Source of the DNA: a virus
Taxonomy: Duplodnaviria > Caudoviricetes
IMG/VR virus record: IMGVR_UViG_3300044630_000587
Coordinates: 937 to 64,936 of that record
DNA: 64,000 bases
Strand: one strand, 5' to 3'
Shown in pieces: positions 26,639-36,602 of this stretch. The notes under the pieces were generated by a model, which worked only from the letters and a program-made list of their open reading frames with translations, searched no databases and was not told where the DNA came from. The position numbers and the translations under genes were made by a program. Numbering within the stretch: position 1 is the first letter of the stretch; every line of letters begins with the position of its first letter.

Positions 26639-29017
26639 TTATTCTAGACTTGAGAGATCAGAGCGTTTATTGCCGACAGCCCTCAAAAATTGTACGTCAC
26701 CCATAAATTCAGCATCTAGTTTGTTTTTAAACACTTTGTAAGCCTCTTGATAAGACGCAGTGCTAGGATCGGCTTTAGTTAAAAACTTTTGCGTTTGTTT
26801 ATCTAAAGATTTAAATACGGGAGAGCTAGTTGGGTTAGCAAGGTACCCTCTGTAATCTTGCCGCATCTTAAGCGCAGTAGGGCTACTAATAGCTCCACCG
26901 CCACCACCTATACCAGCGCCACGTTGATCGTAATATCTGGCTTGAGCCGCATACAACGGTGCCTGAGCACGGTAATGTGCTTCACTAATACCCAACTTCT
27001 TAAGTTCTTGTTTAAGTTCCGCACCTTTAAGGTTGAGCGCAACAAGCTGACCAATTTGTTTAGCTTCGTCACTACGAATGCCACGCATTTCTTCTTGGTA
27101 GGACTGAATACCAGGCAACGCACCTTTAAAGTTAACTGCAGCGTATGGGGAAGTACCACCCATAATACCGAGACCTGCTTGTAACATACCCATTAATTTA
27201 GCTTGTTTACGGGCTTCGGCATTGTCTTTAGAAAGACCTTTAATATCACCCATTGCTTGTTTAATAAGTTCGTCAATGCCACCAGCATCTTTAGCAGAGG
27301 AAGTATCTAGTGCAGGAGCGGCGGCAGGGGGAGCACTAGTGTTTTTAGCGGGGGCGCCACGTTCAACTTTTAAGGTATCTTGTGGGGCAGCCACAGGTGC
27401 TGGGGGTACATTTGAGCCACTTCCATAAAACCCACCAGGCTGTGCATCAGCATCTCTAGCGGTTTGGCGTGGAGTAGTAAAGTAACTACCTAACTCTTTT
27501 AATTTTTTAGTAATACCTAAATTTGGTATTGCGTATTCCCCGAAACGGCTTAAATCTTCTCTAAATGCAGATCTATCCCGAACTTGGCTACCTTCTTCAC
27601 CACTAAACGCAACGATGCCACCACCAGCGTATTCGGTAGGTAAATTACTTGGTGCGTTATCAATACCTTGAAGCTGCTGGGCTTCGGCTATGATCTGGTC
27701 CTTAACGGTAGGAGGTTTACCCTGTGCCATCGCCATCTGAGCTTGACGCTCTTTAGCTTCTTCATTCTTCTGTTGTAGTGCAGCCAGACCTACGATGTCG
27801 TCAACGACTCCGTTCTTAGTGCTACGGTCAATAGTCTGTGCAGAGTACTTCTCAGGGCTTAACAACACCTTACGATTAATATCGCCGCCAGGACTAAAAC
27901 GTGCTATTCCATCGTCTTCAACTTCACCACCTTTGGCGTAAGACTCAATGATGCCGCCTTCTTTTTTCATTAAGCCATATGCTGCAGCGCCAGTTAAACC
28001 AAGACCACTAATTTGTGAAATCGCCGAAGGAGCAGCTTGATAAGACTGTGTAGTACCTGTTTGCATCGGCAAACCACGAGTTAAGCCAGACATGAATGCC
28101 AACTGCTGTTGTGGATACTGCTGTTGCATAGCGTAGTTCTGAATAGCCTGATTGATCTTTTGTTGCTCAAGCTGTTGTTGCTGTGCGCCTGCCTGGGACT
28201 GTAAATTAATAATGCCTTGCTGCGCTGCAAGTTGTTGACCACCCATCTGACCTAATGCAGTACCTGCACCAACGGCTTGCCCGTAACCCTGTAAACCTAA
28301 GTTAGCACCAAACTGCTGGGCTTGTTGTGCGGTTTCAAAGGCTTTTTGTGTGCCTTGTGCTTGAATGTTACCTAATTGAGTCTGTAACCCACGGTTTCTT
28401 TCTTGTTCTGCTAATGCCTGACGAGCGCCACCATAGGTACCTTGCCGAGCCGAACCCAAATTGGCACCGAGATTACGGATCTGAGCATCACGGAACGCTT
28501 CATTTTTTTGTACGTCTACTGCGTTCTGCATATAAGGTGACATAAACGCTTGTTGCGCATATGGGTTTGTTGCCATGTTCATGTAATTCTGACCAGCATT
28601 TAAAGCGCCTGCACCACCAAAGGCTTGGTACCCAGTACCTAAATTAAACTGCCCAGGCATACCAACAGTACCAGCGTTTTTAATAGCCTGTTGCTGTAAT
28701 GGACTAAATGGGGCTACCGCTGCATTGGCTTGTTCTTGTGCTGTGTTGGTGATATTGCCTGCGGCATCTACCGTAGCGCCATATGGGACATAAGGTTTAA
28801 ACCCAGATACTGTACCGTCTGGGCTGTAGTTATAAATCTGTTGCTGCGCAGTACCAAGCATCGTCTCTACATAAGGACGAGCATACTCAGGAATATTGGT
28901 ATTTTGAACCGTAGTTTGAGTAGGTTGACCACCACCACCTGAACCTCCACCACCCATAAAAGGGGTGCGTTTCATATCCCAAGTCCAACCGCTGTGTTTA
29001 GATTTTAAAAAGCTCAT
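26639..29017 (-). CDS. internal virion / DNA-transfer (ejection) protein
   Basis: Gln/Gly/Ala-rich, FMSPYMQNAVD motif, located before the giant protein. Confidence 0.65.
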   Translation of the reverse strand: MSFLKSKHSGWTWDMKRTPFMGGGGSGGGGQPTQTTVQNTNIPEYARPYVETMLGTAQQQIYNYSPDGTVSGFKPYVPYGATVDAAGNITNTAQEQANAAVAPFSPLQQQAIKNAGTVGMPGQFNLGTGYQAFGGAGALNAGQNYMNMATNPYAQQAFMSPYMQNAVDVQKNEAFRDAQIRNLGANLGSARQGTYGGARQALAEQERNRGLQTQLGNIQAQGTQKAFETAQQAQQFGANLGLQGYGQAVGAGTALGQMGGQQLAAQQGIINLQSQAGAQQQQLEQQKINQAIQNYAMQQQYPQQQLAFMSGLTRGLPMQTGTTQSYQAAPSAISQISGLGLTGAAAYGLMKKEGGIIESYAKGGEVEDDGIARFSPGGDINRKVLLSPEKYSAQTIDRSTKNGVVDDIVGLAALQQKNEEAKERQAQMAMAQGKPPTVKDQIIAEAQQLQGIDNAPSNLPTEYAGGGIVAFSGEEGSQVRDRSAFREDLSRFGEYAIPNLGITKKLKELGSYFTTPRQTARDADAQPGGFYGSGSNVPPAPVAAPQDTLKVERGAPAKNTSAPPAAAPALDTSSAKDAGGIDELIKQAMGDIKGLSKDNAEARKQAKLMGMLQAGLGIMGGTSPYAAVNFKGALPGIQSYQEEMRGIRSDEAKQIGQLVALNLKGAELKQELKKLGISEAHYRAQAPLYAAQARYYDQRGAGIGGGGGAISSPTALKMRQDYRGYLANPTSSPVFKSLDKQTQKFLTKADPSTASYQEAYKVFKNKLDAEFMGDVQFLRAVGNKRSDLSSLE

Positions 29018-29427
29018 AGCTTCGTTTCCATAATAATGTGGCGTTCTTCCATACCAACCTGCTTGTACAGCCGTGCGGCAGATTCTCTAGCAGCGCATTG
29101 AACTCGTGTAGCCCCGTTCGCCTTTGCAAAGCTACAAACCTGTCCGTAAACATCTTCATTCACAATCGCTTTACCAGCCATTGCAGTAATAAACCCAACC
29201 CGATAGTTAGGCATATTATAAAAACTTATCGATGCCGCACCGTGAATATTCTTTTCTTCGTCTATAGCTACTAATAATACCCACGAACCGCTAGCCAGTA
29301 AACCTCTAATCTGATCTACTGTATAGTCACCAGGATCATGTTTATTAGCTTTTGCAAACAGTTCTTCCACCAAAGGCCATGTTTTATGGACATATTGCGT
29401 ACCTACTGGATGAACCGTTATGGACAT
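29014..29427 (-). CDS. GNAT-like small protein of the ejection module
   Basis: 137 aa, W..V...F, FAKANGATRV...ARLY; typical position in the podovirus core module. Confidence 0.5.
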   Translation of the reverse strand: MSITVHPVGTQYVHKTWPLVEELFAKANKHDPGDYTVDQIRGLLASGSWVLLVAIDEEKNIHGAASISFYNMPNYRVGFITAMAGKAIVNEDVYGQVCSFAKANGATRVQCAARESAARLYKQVGMEERHIIMETKL

Positions 29428-30884
29428 TAAGCAGTCATGTATTTAGCGGGTTTAATTTGTTTACCCTGCTTTGGATTGCCAGTACGGGCTTTGCGTACTC
29501 GGTTCATCATGGCATAGAGCTGTTTTGCCCCTGCATCAGTAGAACCATTACCAAGGTGAGAAACCACATCAGCAGGAATAACAAACTCGCCATCAGCCAA
29601 ACGGGCAGGTTGCTTACCAGCAATCGTAGCTGGGATATTGTCGGACATGCCATCGCCAGGACCTTTTAACATACGACCACCATCAGAATAGCTACCTAGG
29701 CTAGAAATACCACCGCTAGCCATTTGTTGTTCAGCTTTTATACCCTCACCATAAATAGAAGCGTAAGCAGCGGGGGTTAATCCTTGCAACTTAGATGAAT
29801 CAAGTTCCTCTTGCGTAAGTCGTTTCTTTTTGTTACCCATAAGGGCATCAATACCTGGCGATCCCGTAGATGGTTGGCTAAATTGATTACTTTGTTGCGG
29901 TGCAGCAATACCCATAGACGGGTCAATCATACCGCCAGGGGCGTAACGAGCAATACCACCTTCAGCCATCCCATACCTTGTTTCTAAATTAGGCATCGTG
30001 TCAGGATTTTTGTTCATGGGGTAGCCATAATTACCTGGAGCAACCATGCCCCCATCGGCTAACTTCATAATGCCACCTTCAGCAGCATAGGTAGGACGGT
30101 AAACGCTTGTGGGGGCGTATTGAGGAGCAGATGCCGTAAACCGATTTGGGTCATATTTGAGCTTGCTCAAAGGACCGTCGTATTCTTCATCTGGGGGTAC
30201 ACCCATCTGCGCACGTTCCGCACCCATAGCACCTGCTAAAGCGCTAGTACCAGCGGTTGCGCCAAGTTGAGTATTAGATAAATACCCAGGAGTACCAGCA
30301 GTTTGCCCAAAAACGTTAGTAACGGGGGCAGTAGTGCCAGCAGAACCACCCATACTAGCAACAGTTCCTGCTTCTCCTGGTAGCACGGCAAGGCCAGTAC
30401 TAGAAGGCACGAAAGGTGCCATAGTTGTAGGGGCAGCCACAGAAGGTAACGCAGCAATACCAGCTTCCCCTGGTAGCGCCATTAATCCTGTGCTAGAAGG
30501 CACGAAACCAGCACTACCTAATGTGCCAGTATTAGAACCAACCCCGCTAATACTGCTACCTACGTTAGAAGCCGTGCCAATAGTAGACCCAGTAGCCCCA
30601 GTAGTAGCCCCCGTAGTAGCCCCAGTAGCGGCACCCGTAGTAGCCCCAGTAGTAGCGCCAGTAGTAGCACCAGTAGCGGCGCCCGTAGTAGCCCCAGTAG
30701 TGGCACCCGTAGTAGCCCCAGCAGGTAAAGCCCCGCCTATACCACCGCCTACGGCACCCATAGCACCACCTACTAAAGCACCTTGAAGTGGGTCTCCGCC
30801 TTGTATAGCCGCACCAGCCCCGCCAGCAGTAGCACCTACTGCTGCTCCGATTAACATTGCCTCGCCTACACCACCTGCAGCCAT
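29427..30884 (-). CDS. internal virion (pilot-like) protein with GATT peptide repeats
   Basis: Gly/Ala N-terminus, repeated xxxGG motifs, C-terminal GPGDGMSDNIPA...LADGEFVIPADVV domain. Confidence 0.7.
   Translation of the reverse strand: MAAGGVGEAMLIGAAVGATAGGAGAAIQGGDPLQGALVGGAMGAVGGGIGGALPAGATTGATTGATTGAATGATTGATTGATTGAATGATTGATTGATGSTIGTASNVGSSISGVGSNTGTLGSAGFVPSSTGLMALPGEAGIAALPSVAAPTTMAPFVPSSTGLAVLPGEAGTVASMGGSAGTTAPVTNVFGQTAGTPGYLSNTQLGATAGTSALAGAMGAERAQMGVPPDEEYDGPLSKLKYDPNRFTASAPQYAPTSVYRPTYAAEGGIMKLADGGMVAPGNYGYPMNKNPDTMPNLETRYGMAEGGIARYAPGGMIDPSMGIAAPQQSNQFSQPSTGSPGIDALMGNKKKRLTQEELDSSKLQGLTPAAYASIYGEGIKAEQQMASGGISSLGSYSDGGRMLKGPGDGMSDNIPATIAGKQPARLADGEFVIPADVVSHLGNGSTDAGAKQLYAMMNRVRKARTGNPKQGKQIKPAKYMTA
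30591..30720. repeat. 12-bp tandem repeat, about 11 copies, encoding (GATT/GAAT)n
   Basis: gtagccccagta-like units with synonymous variation. Confidence 0.9.
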
Positions 30885-30922
30885 ATCACACCTCGTCTAA
30901 ATTAAGTAGTACTTTATCATTA

Positions 30923-31582
30923 TTACAATGCCGATACAAACGTTATTGAGCCAAGAGCAGATGGAGTCGCAGGTCTGATATACGGGCTAGCTTGCGCTGC
31001 TAATGCTTCCATGTAAACCCCAGCTGTTGCGGGAGAAGTATCGTAGGCTTGATTAGTTGCCCAGTACAGCTCCAGTTCGTCACCTGCGTTTAACGTAAAT
31101 ACCACCTCTGAATAAGCGCAGACAAAGCTAAATACCCCAGCGCTCTTACGGGCTGGTATAGAAAACACAGTAGTAGAACGGGGTACATCCGTATTATTAA
31201 CCTTAAGCCATACCGCCGCATCATGGGCAGCGTTGTCCGTATTAACAAACTGTAGGCTGTAGGTAATCTTGTATATCCCAGAAATGAGTGCCGTAGCTGA
31301 TCCAGGAGCATTTAAAGTAAAACCGTTACCACCTTCCAGCGTATTCCATGCAACTACCGTTGGGGTATCTGAAGCAGTAGCAAGCTGATCGGTGCTATCT
31401 GAAGCAGCAATAAATGGAAAACTTAGTGAAGACGCACCTTGATTACCAGATAGATTAACTAAATAGTCATCTAAACGATTAAAGTACAGACGCAGGGCGT
31501 TTTGAAACTGATCCTGCTGGTTCTTAGAGTACTCAGTTGGCTGAAGCGGTAACGAAGGGGCACGGACGTTATATCTAGCCAT
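30923..31582 (-). CDS. tail-associated structural protein
   Basis: APSLP..P.EY...LRLYFN N-terminus followed by a C1q-like beta domain (GIYKITYSLQF). Confidence 0.6.
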   Translation of the reverse strand: MARYNVRAPSLPLQPTEYSKNQQDQFQNALRLYFNRLDDYLVNLSGNQGASSLSFPFIAASDSTDQLATASDTPTVVAWNTLEGGNGFTLNAPGSATALISGIYKITYSLQFVNTDNAAHDAAVWLKVNNTDVPRSTTVFSIPARKSAGVFSFVCAYSEVVFTLNAGDELELYWATNQAYDTSPATAGVYMEALAAQASPYIRPATPSALGSITFVSAL

Positions 31583-33546
31583 TAGCGTTTTCCGTCTGGT
31601 CTACCATCAATACGTGGGGCACCTAACTGCCACTGGACATTTAAGTCAGTCGAGCGGATCTCAAACCCTAACTGACGGGCACGGGCACGGATAAATATCT
31701 GTGGGGTGTACTGGTTTACTACAGTGCTGATAACCCGCTGGCTTTCAACACCCATATTGGTTATGTACGCCGATCCTGGGAAGTTACGAGGTTTAATTGT
31801 CATAGTAACTTCTGGAGCTGCTGCAGTAGAGCCGTCAAAATTAACGTCAGGAATAATACGGTTCATTAACGTAAATTGGTTTCCGTCGCCAATATCAAAG
31901 TCGGACGAAGTAATATAAGATTCCATCGGCAATACACCGTCATTTGTGCCTTGCTCTTGGTTATAGACAATTCCAGTCCAGTTGGTAGGATCCGTTTCAA
32001 CCGCTTGCCCATACGCCCGTAACGGAGTATCTAGCCATGCGGTACGACTAATAGTGCCGTAGTACCAAGCCTGTTCTACAAAATTGTAGATAACGTAAGC
32101 ATTGTTAAAGTTAGAATCAGCAGTGGGGTACATCCACCAAATCTCATTCCAGGCTTCATTGGTACCAGAAATAATTTGATCTACTTGATTGTAGTTAATG
32201 TTATTAAAAACGTGGTTACGGAGAGTAGACGGCAAGGTATCAACACGACCTGCATACGCATAAAACTTGTCTTTACCCATCCAGTACACCGTATTATTAA
32301 CAACTTGAAGCGCCTGTGGGCTAATAATAGAAATGTTATCTGCCATTTCCTGTAAGCCAAACACATCGGTAGTTCCTAAAAACTGCAAGGAATTTATGGT
32401 AGCTTGGGTAAATACCAGAATCTCTTGACGGGTTGCAACACCACATACAATCTCAGAGCCACGAGATACCCTGATAAACCCAGCACTATTGGTTACTTCA
32501 GGTGTCCAGTTTGTAGGATCATCTTGAGTTGCCCAGCGTATTAATAAAGGATCAAAATCGGTGCCGCCATAGACAGTTGAACCAAGACAAATTAAGTGCT
32601 TGTCGTTCTGGGAAACAATAATCTGAGTGGCTTGCAGTGGCACATCTGTAGCGCCTGCTACGTCAGACAATAAAATCGCCCGTGTATTTAAAGCGGAATT
32701 TGGGTTAACGTCTCCCCCACGTGCCCAATAATATATAGGACCGTTGCGGATATTAGCTACAAGGTCATTATCAAAGTTTTGGAAAAACCAATTGCGCTGT
32801 TTAATGTTGACTGGCTCTCCAGAACTTTGCCCCCAAGCACCAGAACTCCAAGGACCAACGCTCCAACCATAACCATAAACGGTAATTGGGTTTCCAACGG
32901 CAATTTCAAATTCAGCGGTAATAGCATCGCCGCCCCCAATTAAAGTATTTGGAGATCCGCCTACACCCCAGGCGCCTGTATTCCATGTGCCAATATTCCA
33001 AGCCGCACCAAAAATAGCAGCGGTTTGTACAGTAATCGTAAAGTTATTAGCATCTATAACAGTAACTTCGTGATTTGCATTAATTTCCCCAATCGGAATA
33101 CCGCCAAGTGCCCCTGGAGTTGGAGACCCAACTGCTCCGCTAAATGTAACAAAGTCTCCTGTGCTGGCTAAATGCAATGGAATAGTCACTAAAACCACCC
33201 TAGAACCATACGTTACGGTAAAGCAGTCATCTGTTTCTGGGCTGGTGTAAGTGCTGTCTTCGGCTCTTAGCGGTGTAATGTCAAATAAAAGCCTACCTAC
33301 CTCAAGGTATATTTTTTTATTGGTGCCGTATGCCATGATGTTATCGCCATAGCTAGTGACCCAGTTAAACATGGATCGGCAAGCGCCCAGTAAAACAAAT
33401 ATACCGTAGCGAAACCAACCGCCTATCTTCTGCGGGTATCCAGAACGAAAGCGAATTTTGTCACACTCAAACCACCCACCTTCATTAGAGTAGTTAGTTT
33501 GATCCCGATTAACTCCAGCTTTAAATTGAACTCTTTGTAGCGGCAT
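31582..33546 (-). CDS. tail tubular / head-stabilisation protein (P22 gp10-like nozzle)
   Basis: 654-aa beta-rich protein, RFRSGYPQKIGGW, LLIRW..QDD...W, ends DGKR. Confidence 0.7.
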   Translation of the reverse strand: MPLQRVQFKAGVNRDQTNYSNEGGWFECDKIRFRSGYPQKIGGWFRYGIFVLLGACRSMFNWVTSYGDNIMAYGTNKKIYLEVGRLLFDITPLRAEDSTYTSPETDDCFTVTYGSRVVLVTIPLHLASTGDFVTFSGAVGSPTPGALGGIPIGEINANHEVTVIDANNFTITVQTAAIFGAAWNIGTWNTGAWGVGGSPNTLIGGGDAITAEFEIAVGNPITVYGYGWSVGPWSSGAWGQSSGEPVNIKQRNWFFQNFDNDLVANIRNGPIYYWARGGDVNPNSALNTRAILLSDVAGATDVPLQATQIIVSQNDKHLICLGSTVYGGTDFDPLLIRWATQDDPTNWTPEVTNSAGFIRVSRGSEIVCGVATRQEILVFTQATINSLQFLGTTDVFGLQEMADNISIISPQALQVVNNTVYWMGKDKFYAYAGRVDTLPSTLRNHVFNNINYNQVDQIISGTNEAWNEIWWMYPTADSNFNNAYVIYNFVEQAWYYGTISRTAWLDTPLRAYGQAVETDPTNWTGIVYNQEQGTNDGVLPMESYITSSDFDIGDGNQFTLMNRIIPDVNFDGSTAAAPEVTMTIKPRNFPGSAYITNMGVESQRVISTVVNQYTPQIFIRARARQLGFEIRSTDLNVQWQLGAPRIDGRPDGKR

Positions 33547-33547
33547 A

Positions 33548-34108
33548 TTATTTAAACCAAGTAACTATTGAGTAACGAATGCCGCTAGTAACCTTCATAA
33601 CCTCATGTGGGTACATAAAGTTAGATGGGAACATAAGAGCAGACCCTTTTGGTATTTTGTATTTTAATTCTTGCTCAAAAAAAGCAAACTCCCCACCATC
33701 AAAATTATCGTTTAGAACAAAAGAACAGGATACTTCTCTGGGATCCCCTGCAAAAGAGTCTGTGTGGGATGTATAAAACTGTCCTTCTTGATAGCGTAAT
33801 AGGTTATATCCAGTGTCTTGTTTTACTAAACAATTTGTATTAGCTTGCCTATATTTCTGTAAAGCATTGGTAGCGCATTGGAAAACTTCATTATCTAGTT
33901 TTCTTCTATTAAGTTCATTTTTGTTGATAACGTCAACTAAAGACATACCAATACCAGCGCAGTTTCTGATGTTTTTGTTTACTACGTTGTTCTCAGTTCT
34001 TGTTTCTTGCCAGTCATCTGAGTCTGCATATTCAGCCAATATGTCATCGCATAGTGACAGTGGCACTATGTTTTCGTGTACAACAATAAAATCTTTAAGC
34101 GATGTCAT
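33548..34108 (-). CDS. 2OG-Fe(II) oxygenase (prolyl-4-hydroxylase-like)
   Basis: LLRY..GQFY..HTD, LNDNFDGGEF, FPSNFMYPHEV, GIRYSIVTW. Confidence 0.9.
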   Translation of the reverse strand: MTSLKDFIVVHENIVPLSLCDDILAEYADSDDWQETRTENNVVNKNIRNCAGIGMSLVDVINKNELNRRKLDNEVFQCATNALQKYRQANTNCLVKQDTGYNLLRYQEGQFYTSHTDSFAGDPREVSCSFVLNDNFDGGEFAFFEQELKYKIPKGSALMFPSNFMYPHEVMKVTSGIRYSIVTWFK

Positions 34109-34119
34109 ACGGGTTTACC

Positions 34120-34575
34120 CTAAACAAGTGGTCTAGTTCCAGCTTTATCAATAATAAGCGTTTGACGACGTGGTGTCATCTCCTTTGTGTTAGGTACTGA
34201 TATATGTGTCCAACCACCGCCTGAATCTGCAGACCAAAACTCACGAATGATCTGGTCAAACTGTATACCTGAAGCAATAATTGCTCGGCATACTTGATCT
34301 GGGTTCATACCAGGAACTCTAATATCGGCTGCACATCCTATACGGTGTTGACTAGTATCTTTAGACCCAACCGCATCGTTGACTTGCTTAGAACGAAATG
34401 CGGAGTTGACCATAATCGGCTTCATATCTAATACGGCTTTTACTTCTTCAAGCAGTTCAGCAGTGCGCACAAGGTTAGCCAACTCTGTGGCATTAGGGGT
34501 ATTGTCAAACCCGTGGCGAGCCGCTGTTTCGCTGGCAGTCATTTCTTGTAAAGTAAAGTGCTTAGTTAGTTGCAT
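34120..34575 (-). CDS. endolysin, peptidase M15A family
   Basis: LTKHFTLQEM, SAFRS..VN.AVG....SQH..GCAAD, WTHIS. Confidence 0.9.
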   Translation of the reverse strand: MQLTKHFTLQEMTASETAARHGFDNTPNATELANLVRTAELLEEVKAVLDMKPIMVNSAFRSKQVNDAVGSKDTSQHRIGCAADIRVPGMNPDQVCRAIIASGIQFDQIIREFWSADSGGGWTHISVPNTKEMTPRRQTLIIDKAGTRPLV

Positions 34576-34978
34576 CTTTCTTTTCCTTTGCTTTCATATC
34601 CATAATCTTCTCAAGGGTGCGACCGCCAAAGTAAAAGCTCATAATGAGCATGCCCCACTGCCCAAGCAGCTCAACATATTTCTCGTTAGCGTTATTACCA
34701 AATGCGCTCATCATGGCAAATAAGAAGTAAGCACCAAGAATGAAGATTAAAGTCATGGGGCGGATGTTTTTAGACAGCCAGCTATCACTGCTCATGTCGG
34801 CTTGAAGCCTTGCAGTCAGTTCGTGTTGCTCTGCAGCATCAGCATTAATCTTAGCCAACTCACCGTTCTGTTGCATCTCAAGCAGTTTTAACTTAGCCTG
34901 TTCAGCCTGTGCTGGATCTGGAAATACCTTGTCTAGTATCTTGCCGCCAATATCAAGTAGTGCGCCTAGTGGAAACAT
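34562..34978 (-). CDS. holin (3TM, GTA-holin-like)
   Basis: ILDKVFPD, SWLSKNIRP, TM helices, FYFGGRTLEK; adjacent to the endolysin. Confidence 0.8.
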   Translation of the reverse strand: MFPLGALLDIGGKILDKVFPDPAQAEQAKLKLLEMQQNGELAKINADAAEQHELTARLQADMSSDSWLSKNIRPMTLIFILGAYFLFAMMSAFGNNANEKYVELLGQWGMLIMSFYFGGRTLEKIMDMKAKEKKDATN

Positions 34979-35247
34979 TATTTTTTACCTATCTTTTCTC
35001 GTTCTTCAAGCAGTTTTACCCGTACGTGCATATCGTGAATTTCTTTGTAAATTTCTTCTCTAATTCTTGCCCTTTTTTCTGCGGATATTGGGCTATCGGT
35101 TGGTACGCCTTCATTAGTAATTAGGGCTGGCATCTTACCCTCAATCTTAGTAAGACGCTCTTGGAACGAGCCAACTTGACCGAGTAGCCACGCTATACAG
35201 GCGACCAAGATTGGAATAACCGCCTTCAATAAATCTTGCATATTCAT
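34978..35247 (-). CDS. membrane-anchored coiled-coil protein in the lysis module
   Basis: N-terminal TM helix AVIPILVACIAWLL. Confidence 0.65.
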   Translation of the reverse strand: MNMQDLLKAVIPILVACIAWLLGQVGSFQERLTKIEGKMPALITNEGVPTDSPISAEKRARIREEIYKEIHDMHVRVKLLEEREKIGKK

Positions 35248-35248
35248 G

Positions 35249-35608
35249 TTAGCGTCCTACTGTTGTCTCGTTATCGCCCTTTTTTACTGTTACTTTGTCG
35301 CCTTCAACTTGAACTGACATTGGATCACGGTCTGCCATGCCATCTAAACGCTGGATCAGTTCCTTCATAATTTCAAACTCAGGCTTTTCTTGCTTTGGAG
35401 TAGCCCCAGCAACATTGTTAAGCATGGAAATTAAGGCGGTCAAAGAAGCACCTAGCAAGCCCATTACGGCTGCCATCTTAGATTCTTCTAGGATAATTGA
35501 AGCCCCTACACCAACAATTACGATAATCGTAATGTAGATTAGCCCGTGTTTGCCAATTGCCTTACCAGCAACTTCTTTTGCTGATTCAATGTATGTTTGT
35601 TCGCTCAT
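35249..35608 (-). CDS. two-TM membrane protein
   Basis: Two hydrophobic segments; GGAGG SD. Confidence 0.7.
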   Translation of the reverse strand: MSEQTYIESAKEVAGKAIGKHGLIYITIIVIVGVGASIILEESKMAAVMGLLGASLTALISMLNNVAGATPKQEKPEFEIMKELIQRLDGMADRDPMSVQVEGDKVTVKKGDNETTVGR

Positions 35609-35620
35609 AAAACCTCCAAA

Positions 35621-35923
35621 TTAAAACGATTCTTTTAGTGATCGCTCAGCTGCACCTGATGTTCTAATAAATGCAGTATTGTCAAAGCCATCAACATTCC
35701 AATAAACAGATAACTCTGTCTCTTTTACACCATAAACTTTTGCTACAGTAAAGTCATTAAACCGAATAAGCCAAATAAAAACCTCTGGGTCATCGATTGG
35801 ATTACCAAAAACGTGTACTAAATCGGCATATCTGCACCTAACTTGACCCTGTAACGTAGCCCCCGTTACATCAATCCCATTTGGATTGGTATTGTTAGTA
35901 GCAAAAATACCGTTAGGGTTCAT
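35621..35923 (-). CDS. hypothetical protein
   Basis: TLQGQV...YADLV.VFG.P...W; duplicated NPNGI at the N-terminus. Confidence 0.6.
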   Translation of the reverse strand: MNPNGIFATNNTNPNGIDVTGATLQGQVRCRYADLVHVFGNPIDDPEVFIWLIRFNDFTVAKVYGVKETELSVYWNVDGFDNTAFIRTSGAAERSLKESF

Positions 35924-36129
35924 AGGGTTGAACCGCCAAATGACATATTGGCTACTACGATAGCTACGTGCTGTTCTGGCTCAGCTAAAGAATGCCCACA
36001 GTCACCACATACTTTCATGGCTAATTCGGTTTCGTCTACATCACGCCCACAATTAGGGCAATAGATTTCAACGGTATGGCGTGGTTTAAATTCGCCGTTT
36101 TCCATCGAGTCCTGGATCTCTTTAATCAT
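35920..36129 (-). CDS. zinc-ribbon protein
   Basis: CPNCG...CGDCG; GGAG SD before ATG 36129. Confidence 0.7.
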   Translation of the reverse strand: MIKEIQDSMENGEFKPRHTVEIYCPNCGRDVDETELAMKVCGDCGHSLAEPEQHVAIVVANMSFGGSTL

Positions 36130-36131
36130 TT

Positions 36132-36602
36132 TTAACTCCACTGAGCGGTTGGTTTTACAGGCCAATTTATGGTTCCTGCAACAGGGGTAATGATGTACTG
36201 ACGAACTTGATTACGGTAAGTTAAGAACTCACTTGAATTAGTTAGGTACGGGTTGCTTTTTGTTGGGTCAGAAACATCAGGAATAGTAGTCCAATCTGTC
36301 TCATAAAGAAGCCCAGAGGCAATTTGTACGTTTTCGTCTGCTGTTGGTGGAGGTGGTGGAGGTGGGTTTTTAGCAGCATTATCTGCTTGCCCCCATACAG
36401 CAACGCAATTAACAGCCCACTCAGGAAGGGAGCTAATATCTTCGTTAGGCTTATCATCATTAAACTCTAACCAGCCAGCAGCTTCTACCCACTGCAAAGC
36501 ATGAATGTCCAACGGTATTCCGCAAGAGGAAAGATCTAAGCCGCTATACGCTACGTTGTCTTTATACACAGCCCCATCAATAGGGATGATCGTCAATTTC
36601 AT
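36132..36602 (-). CDS. tail fibre assembly chaperone-like protein
   Basis: IHALQW, poly-Pro linker, L..TDWT..PD...YR..R...WP..P C-terminus. Confidence 0.7.
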   Translation of the reverse strand: MKLTIIPIDGAVYKDNVAYSGLDLSSCGIPLDIHALQWVEAAGWLEFNDDKPNEDISSLPEWAVNCVAVWGQADNAAKNPPPPPPPTADENVQIASGLLYETDWTTIPDVSDPTKSNPYLTNSSEFLTYRNQVRQYIITPVAGTINWPVKPTAQWS

